The notes under the pieces: model-generated | What the model saw: the letters and a program-made list of their open reading frames with translations, nothing else | The model's database searches: none | Told to the model about the DNA's origin: nothing | Translations under genes and position numbers: made by a program | DNA from: Lachnospiraceae bacterium | GTDB lineage: Bacteria > Bacillota > Clostridia > Lachnospirales > Lachnospiraceae | Direction: 5' to 3' | Assembly: GCA_024699645.1 (NCBI GenBank) | Contig: JAILPE010000112.1 | Coordinates: forward strand, 5,385-69,384 | DNA: 64,000 nucleotides | Shown: in pieces, positions 18,412 through 28,274 of the stretch | How the letters are laid out: every line of letters starts with the position of its first letter | Position numbering within the stretch: the first letter of the stretch is position 1

Positions 18412-19161
18412 ATGCTTAAATGCGGACTTTTGGGGAGAAAGCTCGGTCACAGCATGTCTCCTAAAATACATTCAATGCTGGCGGATTATTCCTATGAGCT
18501 CTTTGAGAAGGAAGAAGATGAGGTTGAGGCTTTCATAAAGGGAAAGGAATTTGACGGACTGAATGTCACTATACCGTATAAAAAGACGGTGTTCGAGTAT
18601 ATGGATGAGGTCAGTCGGGTGGCAAGCGAGCTTGGCAGTATCAATACGATCGTTAAACGCGCAGACGGAACGCTTTACGGCGACAACACCGATGTTTTTG
18701 GGTTCGGTGAGCTCGTCAGGGTTTCCGGTGCTAAGCCCAAAGGGAAAAAAGCTCTCGTGCTCGGAAGCGGCGGGGCATCCGTTTCTGTAAAATATGTCCT
18801 TGAAAAGCTCGGCGCGGGAATCGTCACGATCAGCAGATCCGGCGAGGATAATTATATGAATCTCGAAAAGCACAGAGACGCTTCACTCATCGTCAACACA
18901 ACGCCGGTCGGTATGTTTCCCAACGTAGATGCGTCTCCGCTCGACCCGGGTATGTTTGACGCCTGTGAGGCAGTGATAGACATTATTTACAACCCTTCGG
19001 TAACAAAGCTTATGAGGATGGCGAAGGATGCCGGGATCCCTGCTTTTAACGGACTATATATGCTCGTAGCCCAGGCAGCAAAAAGCTCGGCGCTTTTCAG
19101 AGGAATACCGGCTGATGATACGGTTATCGAAGGTATATACAAAAAACTTTTGAACGCATAA
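18412..19161 (+). CDS. aroE: Shikimate dehydrogenase
   Basis: HSMSPKIH, NVTIPYK and GDNTD motifs. Confidence 0.85.
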   Translation: MLKCGLLGRKLGHSMSPKIHSMLADYSYELFEKEEDEVEAFIKGKEFDGLNVTIPYKKTVFEYMDEVSRVASELGSINTIVKRADGTLYGDNTDVFGFGELVRVSGAKPKGKKALVLGSGGASVSVKYVLEKLGAGIVTISRSGEDNYMNLEKHRDASLIVNTTPVGMFPNVDASPLDPGMFDACEAVIDIIYNPSVTKLMRMAKDAGIPAFNGLYMLVAQAAKSSALFRGIPADDTVIEGIYKKLLNA

Positions 19162-19202
19162 CCTGAAGCCGGACGGATTTTAGGATTTATTAAGGAGAGA
19201 TC

Positions 19203-19649
19203 ATGAAGATACTTGTTATTAACGGACCGAACATAAACATGCTCGGGATCAGAGAACCCGGTATTTACGGAACGCAGGATTATATGTCGCTTCGAAAGCT
19301 CATAGAGGATACAGGCGTTGAGTGCGACATAAACGTTGAAGAATACCAGTCCAATCACGAGGGAGATATCGTTGATAAGATTCAGCATGCGTACGGGCGG
19401 GTTGACGGGATAGTTATAAATCCCGCCGCATATACACATACAAGCGTCGCTATCCTTGATGCTCTCAAGGCTGTTGGGATACCTACGGTTGAGGTTCATA
19501 TCTCGAATGTGTCGGCGCGAGAGGATTTCAGACAGATATCTTATGTGAGACAGTATTGCGTCAAAACCATTTCAGGGCTCGGGATAGAAGGATACAGACA
19601 GGCAATCCTTTACCTTAAGGATCTTATCGAGTTTAAGAGAAGCAAATGA
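19203..19649 (+). CDS. aroQ: Type II 3-dehydroquinate dehydratase
   Basis: MKILVINGPNINMLGIREPGIYG and NPAAYTHTSVA. Confidence 0.95.
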   Translation: MKILVINGPNINMLGIREPGIYGTQDYMSLRKLIEDTGVECDINVEEYQSNHEGDIVDKIQHAYGRVDGIVINPAAYTHTSVAILDALKAVGIPTVEVHISNVSAREDFRQISYVRQYCVKTISGLGIEGYRQAILYLKDLIEFKRSK

Positions 19650-19765
19650 TGTAATGTAAAAAAGCCGACACAGACAGACACAATTTTGCCATCCGGAAGG
19701 TCGAATAAATCATCGGCAGGATGCAAATAGTAGTGTGGAAAAAAATAACCTATTATGATAAAATA

Positions 19766-19805
19766 AGAGTTGGTACACAATTTTGTTACCGACTCTTTTG
19801 ATTTT
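19766..19805 (+). terminator. Rho-independent terminator, probably for the aro operon (about 115-nt 3' UTR)
   Basis: AGAGTTGGTA (19766-19775) pairs with TACCGACTCT (19787-19796), with one G-U pair, followed by TTTGATTTT. Confidence 0.6.
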
Positions 19806-19889
19806 AGTGAAAGATCGTACAAAACGGCAGTAAATCGATTGATTCGTGAAATCTGTGTTGGTTCCACAAATAAAAGAAAGGAGCATGTC

Positions 19890-21092
19890 ATGAATAATTT
19901 TGTTTATGATACGCCCACAAAAGTTTATTTCGGAAGAGACGAAGAACTGAAAGTCGGAAAACTTATAGCAAACTATAAACCCAAAAAGGTGCTTATACAT
20001 TACGGGTTGCTCTCGGCTAAAAGATCGGGACTGCTTGACAGAGTTCGTGAGTGCCTCAGTACAGAGGGAATTGCTTTTGTCGAGCTTGGCGGTGTCGTGG
20101 CCAATCCCGAGCTTGGACTTGTAAGAGAGGGAATAAAACTTTGTAAGGCTGAGGGCGTTGATTTTATCCTCGCTATCGGAGGCGGATCTGTAATGGATTC
20201 GGCAAAGGATATAGCAAACGGGGTAGCCAATCCGGCCGATGATGTATGGGACTTCTCGAGTGGAAAAGCAGTTCCTCAATATACTCTCAATAAAGGATGT
20301 ATCCTTACCATTTCCGCTTCGGGATCGGAGATGTCGAATTCCTGCGTTATCACAAACGAGGAGACAGGAGAAAAAAGAGGTTACGGCTGTCCTCAGAACA
20401 GGATGGATTTTGCTATTGAAAATCCCGAGCTTACTTATACGGTAAGTGCATATCAGACAGCGTGCGGAGCGGTAGATATAGCAATGCACACGATAGAACG
20501 TTATTTCTGCCCGGGTGAGGAAACATATCTTACCGATGCCATTGCAGAAGCTGTTATAAAGAATGCTGTTAAAGCCGGAAACGAGTGCCTCCTTAATCCT
20601 CAAAGCTATGAGGCCAGAGCAAATATGATGTGGGCTTCTTCACTTGCGCATAACGGTCTGACTCAGTGCGGAAGAAGATTCCAGCTTGTTGTTCATCAGC
20701 TTGAACACGAGGTTTCGGGACTTTACCCCGGAGTTGCCCACGGTGCGGGACTTGCAGCTCTCTGGTGCAGCTGGGCGAGGTACACTTATTCGGCAAATCC
20801 CGGAAGATGGATGCAATATGCCCTAAAGGTATGGAATGTCGAGCCCGACCTTGAGAATCCGGATAAGATGATTCTTGAAGCCATAAAGAGACAAGAAGAC
20901 TGGTACAAGTCAATAGGAATGCCTACATCTCTTCGAGAGCTTTCCGTGAAAGAAAGCGATCTTCCGACTCTGGCACTTAAGTGTTCACGCGACAGGAAGA
21001 GAACTCTCGACGGATATATGAAGCTCGGATATGACGAGATACTTGATATCTATAAGATGGCTTACGGTGAAGCGGAAGAGGATATTATGTAA
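19890..21092 (+). CDS. Iron-containing alcohol dehydrogenase (butanol dehydrogenase/YqhD-like)
   Basis: The start MNNFVYDTPTKVYFG follows RBS AAAGGAG. It has GGGSVMDSAKDIA and a histidine-rich metal site (HQLEHEVS...HGAG). Confidence 0.85.
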   Translation: MNNFVYDTPTKVYFGRDEELKVGKLIANYKPKKVLIHYGLLSAKRSGLLDRVRECLSTEGIAFVELGGVVANPELGLVREGIKLCKAEGVDFILAIGGGSVMDSAKDIANGVANPADDVWDFSSGKAVPQYTLNKGCILTISASGSEMSNSCVITNEETGEKRGYGCPQNRMDFAIENPELTYTVSAYQTACGAVDIAMHTIERYFCPGEETYLTDAIAEAVIKNAVKAGNECLLNPQSYEARANMMWASSLAHNGLTQCGRRFQLVVHQLEHEVSGLYPGVAHGAGLAALWCSWARYTYSANPGRWMQYALKVWNVEPDLENPDKMILEAIKRQEDWYKSIGMPTSLRELSVKESDLPTLALKCSRDRKRTLDGYMKLGYDEILDIYKMAYGEAEEDIM

Positions 21093-21219
21093 TAAAAAAC
21101 CGGCGAAGAGGAAGTTGAAACCCGATCCATTGAGTGAGGGATCAAGACAGACTTGAACAGCGGGATATGATCAGGCAAATGAGCAGTGTATAAAATGTTA
21201 GGTATTACGGAGGTAGATA

Positions 21220-21840
21220 ATGGGGGCAGAGTATATTTGCGGAATAGTATCAGGAGGCGATAAAGGACCGTTTGACGGCATAGAGGAGTGCGGCCTTATC
21301 ATTGCGTGTGATAAGGGGTATACGCATCTTTCGGAAGAAGGCATTGAGGCGGACCTTTTTGTCGGAGATTTTGATTCCTGTGATGAGGGCATTCTTGACA
21401 ACATTCCGAGGCTTGAGCTTGAACAGGAAAAGGATGATACAGACACCCTCGCGGCAATAAGATTTGCACTCGGACAGGGGATCACCCGGTTACGCATGTA
21501 TTGCTGCTTCGGAGGAAGGACCGATCATTTTCTCGGGAATATACAGGCAGCGGCTTATGCGGCTTCTCAGGGCGTAAAGGTAAGTATGTGTGATGAAAAT
21601 ACCGAGATGTATTTCATCAACTCGGGAAGCATTACCATAGAAAAAAGAGAAGGTTATTCAATATCCCTGCTTTCAGTTACGGATGAGTCTACCGGTGTAT
21701 GGATAGAGGGAGCCAAATATGTATTAAAAGACAAAAAGCTGTCGAATCTTTTCCCTATAGGGATCAGTAATGAATGGGAGGATGACATAAAGATCACCGT
21801 AAAAAGCGGCGTTATCGCGGTAATCTGCTGTAAATTGTGA
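21220..21840 (+). CDS. thiN: Thiamine diphosphokinase
   Basis: About 206 aa with ACDKG...GDFDS and EKDDTD motifs and a C-terminal thiamine-binding beta domain. Confidence 0.8.
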   Translation: MGAEYICGIVSGGDKGPFDGIEECGLIIACDKGYTHLSEEGIEADLFVGDFDSCDEGILDNIPRLELEQEKDDTDTLAAIRFALGQGITRLRMYCCFGGRTDHFLGNIQAAAYAASQGVKVSMCDENTEMYFINSGSITIEKREGYSISLLSVTDESTGVWIEGAKYVLKDKKLSNLFPIGISNEWEDDIKITVKSGVIAVICCKL

Positions 21841-21869
21841 TCAATATGGAATTTTTAATGAGGAGTAAA

Positions 21870-23255
21870 ATGGATTACAACGAAAAAAGAGAAAAATTGT
21901 TGCTTGAGAGCATTCCGGCGGTTAGAGACGAACTTTCACCCGTCGAGGCAAAGGCAGATCAAAAACTTAAAAAGCTTCGCGAGGAGCTTTTAAAATATTA
22001 TAAGGGCAAGGATCTGTTTAAAGTAGATATGCTTTCGAACGAAGAACTGATAAACAGCCCACTTCACGAGATGATACACAAAATGCCCAAAGCATGTGAC
22101 TTGCATGTACACGGTCTGTGCCTCATGCCTGTTAAGGAATTTGTCGATTTCCTTATCGGGAATGAGGATATTTTTATTGCCGTAGACGGAACTGACCGCG
22201 GAAAGCTTTATACGGGCGGTGTGAAGGAAGAATATCGTTCGAAAGGCTTTATGACTGTTCGGGAATGCATAGAAGGCCCCATTTCAAGAGAAACTCTTGA
22301 AAATATGTGGACACTTAAAGGCAATCCCGAAGGAGTGCTTCCGTGGGATTATTTTGAAGTGCTATTCGCAGAACACGGTGATCTCGCTGATTCTTTGGAG
22401 GTTTTTGAAGACTATTATTATCATGCATTCAAATATTATGTCTCGGAAGGTATCTATCATGTAGAACCGAGAGCACTTCTTTTCGGCTCACACGATATAG
22501 CCGAAAAAAAATCAAGGGCGATCATGAATGCGTATCACAGGGTCAGACGCGAAACAAAGGGATTTACCTGTACAATGGTGGGTACGGTACTCAAGCATAT
22601 AAATCTGAGTCTTGATGTTACGAAGATGCTCCTTGATAATGCCATATATTCATATAAAACGGTTATTGACGAGTTTGATCCCGACGATCCCCGTCCTTTT
22701 GTCGGTGCCATAGATTTCGTGAATGAAGAGGATCACAGCCGCGATCTTAAAGAAATAGCGGATATCATTCAAAAAGCAACGGAAGAGAATCCCGGGCTTA
22801 CGCTCCTTTTACATGCAGGAGAAAGCAACATCCCGACAAACTCTAATGTTATAGATGCTGTATTGCTTGGTGCTAAAAGGATTGGCCATGCATTTAATCT
22901 CTACAGATATCCGGGGCTTTATAATGAGATCAGAGAAAAGAACATATGCATTGAGGTTTGCCCGATAAGTAACAGGATACTTGATTATACGGCAGATCTG
23001 AGACTTCATCCGGCTATCGGATATATTAACGCAGGGCTTCCTGTGGCAATCGGTTCCGACGATCCCGGATATCAGGAGCATTCGACACTTACCGACGATT
23101 TCTTTGCCATTGTGCTCTGTTGGAACTTCGGGATCGCAGAGATCAAGAAACTCATCTTGACCGCTGTTGAACATGCGGTTTTGACTGATGCCGGCAAGAA
23201 GGAACTCAAGGAAGTATGGGAAGAAAGATTCCGTGATTTCTGTAACCTCGTCTGA
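21870..23255 (+). CDS. Adenosine/AMP deaminase-family metallohydrolase (long, ADGF-like form)
   Basis: DLHVHG, LLLHAGES, GHAFNL and GSDDPG motifs. The ATG at 21870 follows RBS AGGAG. Earlier in-frame starts exist at 21837 and 21846. Confidence 0.7.
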   Translation: MDYNEKREKLLLESIPAVRDELSPVEAKADQKLKKLREELLKYYKGKDLFKVDMLSNEELINSPLHEMIHKMPKACDLHVHGLCLMPVKEFVDFLIGNEDIFIAVDGTDRGKLYTGGVKEEYRSKGFMTVRECIEGPISRETLENMWTLKGNPEGVLPWDYFEVLFAEHGDLADSLEVFEDYYYHAFKYYVSEGIYHVEPRALLFGSHDIAEKKSRAIMNAYHRVRRETKGFTCTMVGTVLKHINLSLDVTKMLLDNAIYSYKTVIDEFDPDDPRPFVGAIDFVNEEDHSRDLKEIADIIQKATEENPGLTLLLHAGESNIPTNSNVIDAVLLGAKRIGHAFNLYRYPGLYNEIREKNICIEVCPISNRILDYTADLRLHPAIGYINAGLPVAIGSDDPGYQEHSTLTDDFFAIVLCWNFGIAEIKKLILTAVEHAVLTDAGKKELKEVWEERFRDFCNLV

Positions 23256-23324
23256 GTTAAAGCGCTCCGCGGGGGCGCACGGATTCTGATATGAAATTCT
23301 TTGTAAAGCGGATCGGAGAAGCAT

Positions 23325-24416
23325 ATGAAGATAATACATGTAGCGGACATACACCTCGACAGCGGTCTTTCGTCAAATTTTGACAAAGACAAAGCGCGGG
23401 AGAGGAAAGCGGAACTGTTGCGTACCTTTGTGAGAATGACCGAATACGCAAATGATAACGGTATAGATGCTGTACTGATCGCCGGAGATCTCTTTGACAG
23501 GGACACAGTATCGGCAACGACAAGAAACGGTGTTATCGGTGCGATCGGATCGACGCCTCAGATCACATATTACTATCTTAAAGGTAATCATGATCGAAAG
23601 GATACTTTCGGATCACTGTCTGAAATTCCCAATAATCTTCGTACATTCGGTGAGACATGGACGTCTTATGCCCTTTCGGACAAGATAAAGCTTTACGGTC
23701 TTGAATTTAACGCTCATAATTCGGCGTCTGCAGCCGATACGCTTGTCACCGACCCGTCAGACATAAACATTGTGATGCTGCACGGGCAGGAGTCGGCTTC
23801 TGCTTCCGACAAGACCGAAGTGATCAATCTCAAATCTTTCCGTAACAGAAATATCGATTATATGGCGCTTGGTCATATACATGCATATAAAAATGCCGAA
23901 CTTGACGCAAGAGGAAGATATTGTTATCCCGGATGCCTTGAAGGAAGAGGCTTTGACGAGAGCGGTGAACATGGATTTGTAGTACTTGATATAGATGAGA
24001 ACGCTCATAAGATCGAGTCCGAGTTTGTTGCATTTGCGTCAAGAAGATTTATAAATGCCGAAGTCGATATAACAGGGCTCGATCAGACAAATCAGATCAT
24101 AAAGGCTGTTTCCGCGAAGCTCGACGAGTGCGATGCAACCACAAATGACTGTGTCAGGGTTGTGCTTGTCGGTAAGACAGATATCGAAGCGGAGAAAAAC
24201 GAAGCAGTGGTCGCGAAAACATTTGAATCCCGGTATTGTCTGTTCAGACTTTACGACGAATCGTCTTTTACGATCGATTACGAAAGCTATGCGGCAGATA
24301 GGTCGCTTAAGGGAGAGTTTATCAGGTCGGTCAAAAACGATCCCACTGTACCCGACGATAAAAAGGCGGAAGCAATCAGATACGGAATCAGAGCACTTCT
24401 GGGGGAGGAATTATGA
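23325..24416 (+). CDS. SbcD/Mre11-type metallophosphoesterase (YhaO-like DNA repair exonuclease)
   Basis: HVADIHLD, GDLFD, GNHD and GHIH motifs. Confidence 0.75.
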   Translation: MKIIHVADIHLDSGLSSNFDKDKARERKAELLRTFVRMTEYANDNGIDAVLIAGDLFDRDTVSATTRNGVIGAIGSTPQITYYYLKGNHDRKDTFGSLSEIPNNLRTFGETWTSYALSDKIKLYGLEFNAHNSASAADTLVTDPSDINIVMLHGQESASASDKTEVINLKSFRNRNIDYMALGHIHAYKNAELDARGRYCYPGCLEGRGFDESGEHGFVVLDIDENAHKIESEFVAFASRRFINAEVDITGLDQTNQIIKAVSAKLDECDATTNDCVRVVLVGKTDIEAEKNEAVVAKTFESRYCLFRLYDESSFTIDYESYAADRSLKGEFIRSVKNDPTVPDDKKAEAIRYGIRALLGEEL

Positions 24417-26764
24417 GGATAATCGAGTGTAACATAATGAATTTCGGTACGCTCTGTGATTTCCATTTTGATTTCTCTGATGGGATAAACAGGATAGTAC
24501 GAGGAAACGGATTCGGAAAAAGTACCCTTGCCGCTTTTATTAGGGTTATGCTGTACGGCTTCGAAGGAGAGGGAAAGCGTGATTCGCTCAGCAGGGAGAG
24601 AAAATTCTATGAACCCTGGCAGGGCGGAAATTACGGTGGTGAAATCGTATTTTCGGTCGGTGAAAAATGCTATCGTGTAACAAGAACTTTCGGTAAAAAG
24701 GCGGATACCGATACATTTGAGCTGAGGGATGTGCGTACAAACCTCGTTGTCAACGATTACAGCGAGCATCTTGGAATAGAACTGTTCGATATGGATTCGG
24801 ATACGTTCAGAAGAACGGTATTTGTCGGACAGGACGGAGTTGAAACATCCGTTAATGATACGATAAACGGAAGGATCGGCGCGCTTGTCGATAACACCGA
24901 CGATCTTGATGCCTTTGAAAAAGCAAAGACCTCTCTGGAGGAAATGATAAATTCACTCACCCCGCGAAGAAAGACGGGTGAGGTAAGCAGATTAAACGAA
25001 CGGATCACAGGCCTTGACGCCGATATCATGCCGGCCTCAGAACTTGAAAAAAGCATGGAAAGCGTACTTGAGATGAGGGAAAAGGAAGACGATAACCTCA
25101 AGCAGCTCAGGGAAGAAAAGAACAGGCTTGCCACCAAAGCAAAAGAGCTTGGCGCATATATGGAGATCGAGACCGGCAAGGAAAGGTACGAAAAGCTGCT
25201 TTCAGATCGCACTGCAAAAGCTGAAGAGCTTGAATCATACAGAAAAGAGCTGCCCGAAGGTATTGACATATCGCGGATACCGGATTCCATGAAACTCAGA
25301 AGCCTTGCACAAAATCACGTAAAGGCCTCGGCCGAGCTTATGAGTACAAAGTACATTGAACTGACGGAACGCGAAGAGGAAAACTATCAGAGGCTCAAAG
25401 CTTTATATGACGGTGAAGACCCTACGGGAAAAGCGGAAGGATATGTTGAAACCTGGAGGGAGATAAAAGAACGCGAAAGAGAGATAACCGAAAAGGAAGA
25501 ATTACGCGTTAAGGCTGAAAAAGAAATGATCCGAGAGACAACGAACGGAAACAGGTACAGGATCGCATGCCTCGCAGTTTCTCTTGTTTTTATTATCGTT
25601 GCAGTTGTATTGTTCGTGACGACGGATGATCCGACTCCCGGATTTGTGACATGCGCGTTCGCAATGTTAGGGGTTATTTTGTCCTTTGTACTTGCAGCGC
25701 CCCATAGGTCGAATGCAAAGCAGCGCGGAAAAGAACGGGATATCTTAAAAAGAGATACGGATATACTAAAGGACAGGAATGAAAGTGACTGCAAAGAGAT
25801 ATCGGCTTTCCTTTCAAAATACAAAAAGGATGTTGAGCCTGATATGATCCCCGTATCGCTTCGGGATATCGTGAACGAACACGAAATATATCTCGGGCTT
25901 GAAAGTAAACGCGAAAGAGCGGTAAATGCTGCGCAGGAAGCCCGTACGGCTGTTGAACAGATCGATCGATTCGTGAGCGAAATGCTCGGGGCCGATATTT
26001 CGGATGATCCCGTCGTAAGACTTCAACATCTTGCGGATATTTCGGACAAGGCAAAGGACGCTTTAAACGCTTATGACCAGATCGTGAATAAAATCTCGGA
26101 TTTTGAGAGAGAAAACGATATAGAAGCCATTAAGAATACGGTAGTTCCAAAAACGGACGAATCACTTTCGGATATCACCGCAAGGCTTAAGGATGTTACG
26201 GAGCTTGAGGATGAATCCGCTAAACGTCTTGCTTTACTCGATAAGCGCAGTGACGAACTGGCACAGAACCTTGATGAGATCTCCTCAAAGAGGGTCGAGA
26301 GAGACAGACTTACGGAGGAAAGGAACGACAAGCTTGAAGCATACGATTCCTGTGTTATCGCCAAGGAGCACCTTATAAGAGCTAAGGAGACGCTTTCGTC
26401 CCGTTACATAAAACCGATCCTCGACAAATTCATGTATTACCATACAATGATAACAGGTCAGAATACACGTGAGTACATGGTTGATGCAAATATAGACGTA
26501 TCAGTAAAAGAACAGGGGATGAACAGGTCTGTCCTGCAGCTGAGCAAGGGTCTGCGGGATGTAGTAGGGCTTTCTCTCAGAATGGCATTTATCGATGTTA
26601 TGTTTCCTCAGGAAAAACCGATCCTCATACTTGACGATCCTTTTGTAAACCTCGACAGGGCAAATCTTGAAGCTGCCGAGAAGCTGATGAGGATAATAGC
26701 TAAGGACTATCAGGTGATATTCTTTGCCGCAAGGGAAGAGACGGAGCAGCAGATAGAGATTTAA
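24413..26764 (+). CDS. SbcC/Rad50-like AAA ATPase (YhaN-like) with a central two-helix membrane hairpin
   Basis: Walker A GNGFGKST, long coiled-coil-type E/K/L-rich arms and C-terminal ILILDDPFVNLD. Hydrophobic stretches IACLAVSLVFIIVAVVLFV and FVTCAFAMLGVILSFVLAA lie mid-protein. ATGA overlap with the upstream gene. Confidence 0.7.
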   Translation: MRIIECNIMNFGTLCDFHFDFSDGINRIVRGNGFGKSTLAAFIRVMLYGFEGEGKRDSLSRERKFYEPWQGGNYGGEIVFSVGEKCYRVTRTFGKKADTDTFELRDVRTNLVVNDYSEHLGIELFDMDSDTFRRTVFVGQDGVETSVNDTINGRIGALVDNTDDLDAFEKAKTSLEEMINSLTPRRKTGEVSRLNERITGLDADIMPASELEKSMESVLEMREKEDDNLKQLREEKNRLATKAKELGAYMEIETGKERYEKLLSDRTAKAEELESYRKELPEGIDISRIPDSMKLRSLAQNHVKASAELMSTKYIELTEREEENYQRLKALYDGEDPTGKAEGYVETWREIKEREREITEKEELRVKAEKEMIRETTNGNRYRIACLAVSLVFIIVAVVLFVTTDDPTPGFVTCAFAMLGVILSFVLAAPHRSNAKQRGKERDILKRDTDILKDRNESDCKEISAFLSKYKKDVEPDMIPVSLRDIVNEHEIYLGLESKRERAVNAAQEARTAVEQIDRFVSEMLGADISDDPVVRLQHLADISDKAKDALNAYDQIVNKISDFERENDIEAIKNTVVPKTDESLSDITARLKDVTELEDESAKRLALLDKRSDELAQNLDEISSKRVERDRLTEERNDKLEAYDSCVIAKEHLIRAKETLSSRYIKPILDKFMYYHTMITGQNTREYMVDANIDVSVKEQGMNRSVLQLSKGLRDVVGLSLRMAFIDVMFPQEKPILILDDPFVNLDRANLEAAEKLMRIIAKDYQVIFFAAREETEQQIEI

Positions 26765-26827
26765 GATTATTAGCGGGAATTCCCGACGATTAAATTGCCG
26801 AGATGTTCACTGTGAAAGGAGATATCT

Positions 26828-28255
26828 ATGAATATGTTGTTTAACCAAAAGAAGGCACTCAATCCGTACCTCCCTTCGTGGGAATATGTGCCTGACGGCG
26901 AGCCGCATGTATTCGGCGACAGAGTCTATGTATACGGATCGCACGATTTCTTTAACGGTTGGGTATTTTGTCTCGGAGATTATGTTTGCTGGTCGGCACC
27001 GCTCTCCGACCTGTCGGACTGGAGATATGAGGGAGTGATCTATAAGCGTACCGACGATCCGATCAACGAGGACGGCAGGATGGTGCTTTACGCGCCGGAT
27101 GTTTGTCAGGGTCCGGACGGGCGTTATTATCTTTATTATTTCTATGATAAACGCTCATGCATAAGCGTTGCGGTTTCAGATAAGCCCGAAGGCCCTTTTG
27201 TATACTACGGAAAGGTCCACGACGATGAGGGCGGTCTGATCGGCGAAAGATATGGCGACGAGCCTTATTTCGATCCCACCGTGCTTGTTGAGGGTAAATA
27301 CGTCTATCTCTACGGCGGTTTCTGCGGACACGGCGATAAATCGCGTACGGGATGTATGGTCACAGTACTTGATGCTCGTGATATGCTCACAGTTATCGAA
27401 GAACCGGCATTTGTTTTGCCTGGTTCATGCATATCAAACGGAACCGGATATGAAGGTCATGCTTTTTTTGAAGCACCTTCGATCCGAAAGATAGGAAAGA
27501 AATATTATCTCATATATTCGTCGGAGCGTATGTGTGAGCTTTGCTATGCCGTGAGCGATTCTCCCGACGAGGATTTTGAATACTGCGGTTGTATCGTATG
27601 TAACAATGACATGGGGATCGACTCTTATAAGCCGGCTGATATGGCTACCGCATACGGCGGAAATAATCACGGCGGTCTCGTGCAGATAGGGGAAGACTGG
27701 TATATTTTCTACCATAGACAGACAAACGGAACATGGTTCTCACGTCAGGGATGCGCGGAAAAGATCACGATAGACGATGACGGAAAGATTGCTCAGGTCG
27801 AGATGACTTCGTGCGGCCTTTCCGATTCGCCGCTTGAAGGGAAAGGCTTTATCCCCGCATATATAGCATGCAATCTCTTTAAGACTGAGGGGATGGAGCC
27901 CCTTGTTGATGAGAATTCGACAACCACGATCCCGAGGATCACACAGGACGGAAAAGACGGAGATAAGGAACTTGGTTATATCTCGTGCTTTAAAGACGGA
28001 GTGACGGCGGGATTTAAATATCTGAATATCAAAGGCGTCACAAAGTTTAAGGTGATCACGAGAGGTTATATACACGGTTCCTTTGAAGTGTCGACTTCGA
28101 TCGGCGGCCCGGTACTCGGAACTGTTACTCCCACAAATACGAATTTCTGGGAAGCATTCGAAGCGCCTCTTAACATAGAGGACGGGGTTCATGCGATCTA
28201 TATCACCTTCAGAGGCGGCGGATCGCCTTCACTTCTCGGGTTTATTCTTGAATAA
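26828..28255 (+). CDS. Glycoside hydrolase family 43-like protein (xylosidase/arabinofuranosidase type) with a C-terminal beta-sandwich domain
   Basis: The N-terminal WEYVPDGEPHVFGDRVYVYGSHD and later YAPD...FFEAPS segments recall five-bladed propeller GH43 enzymes. No signal peptide is evident. Confidence 0.65.
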   Translation: MNMLFNQKKALNPYLPSWEYVPDGEPHVFGDRVYVYGSHDFFNGWVFCLGDYVCWSAPLSDLSDWRYEGVIYKRTDDPINEDGRMVLYAPDVCQGPDGRYYLYYFYDKRSCISVAVSDKPEGPFVYYGKVHDDEGGLIGERYGDEPYFDPTVLVEGKYVYLYGGFCGHGDKSRTGCMVTVLDARDMLTVIEEPAFVLPGSCISNGTGYEGHAFFEAPSIRKIGKKYYLIYSSERMCELCYAVSDSPDEDFEYCGCIVCNNDMGIDSYKPADMATAYGGNNHGGLVQIGEDWYIFYHRQTNGTWFSRQGCAEKITIDDDGKIAQVEMTSCGLSDSPLEGKGFIPAYIACNLFKTEGMEPLVDENSTTTIPRITQDGKDGDKELGYISCFKDGVTAGFKYLNIKGVTKFKVITRGYIHGSFEVSTSIGGPVLGTVTPTNTNFWEAFEAPLNIEDGVHAIYITFRGGGSPSLLGFILE

Positions 28256-28274
28256 ATGCTTTCGGAGGTCTTTT

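Noticed and set aside
21093-21219. Possible TPP riboswitch upstream of thiamine diphosphokinase. Also possible THF, FMN or T-box leaders upstream of the fol genes, flavodoxin and the aro operon.
   Set aside because: The conserved cores I know were not found in these leaders: the TPP CUGAGA / ACCUGAUCUGGAUAAUGCCAGCG-like core, the T-box specifier and T-box sequence, and the FMN core. An Infernal/Rfam scan would be the decisive check.
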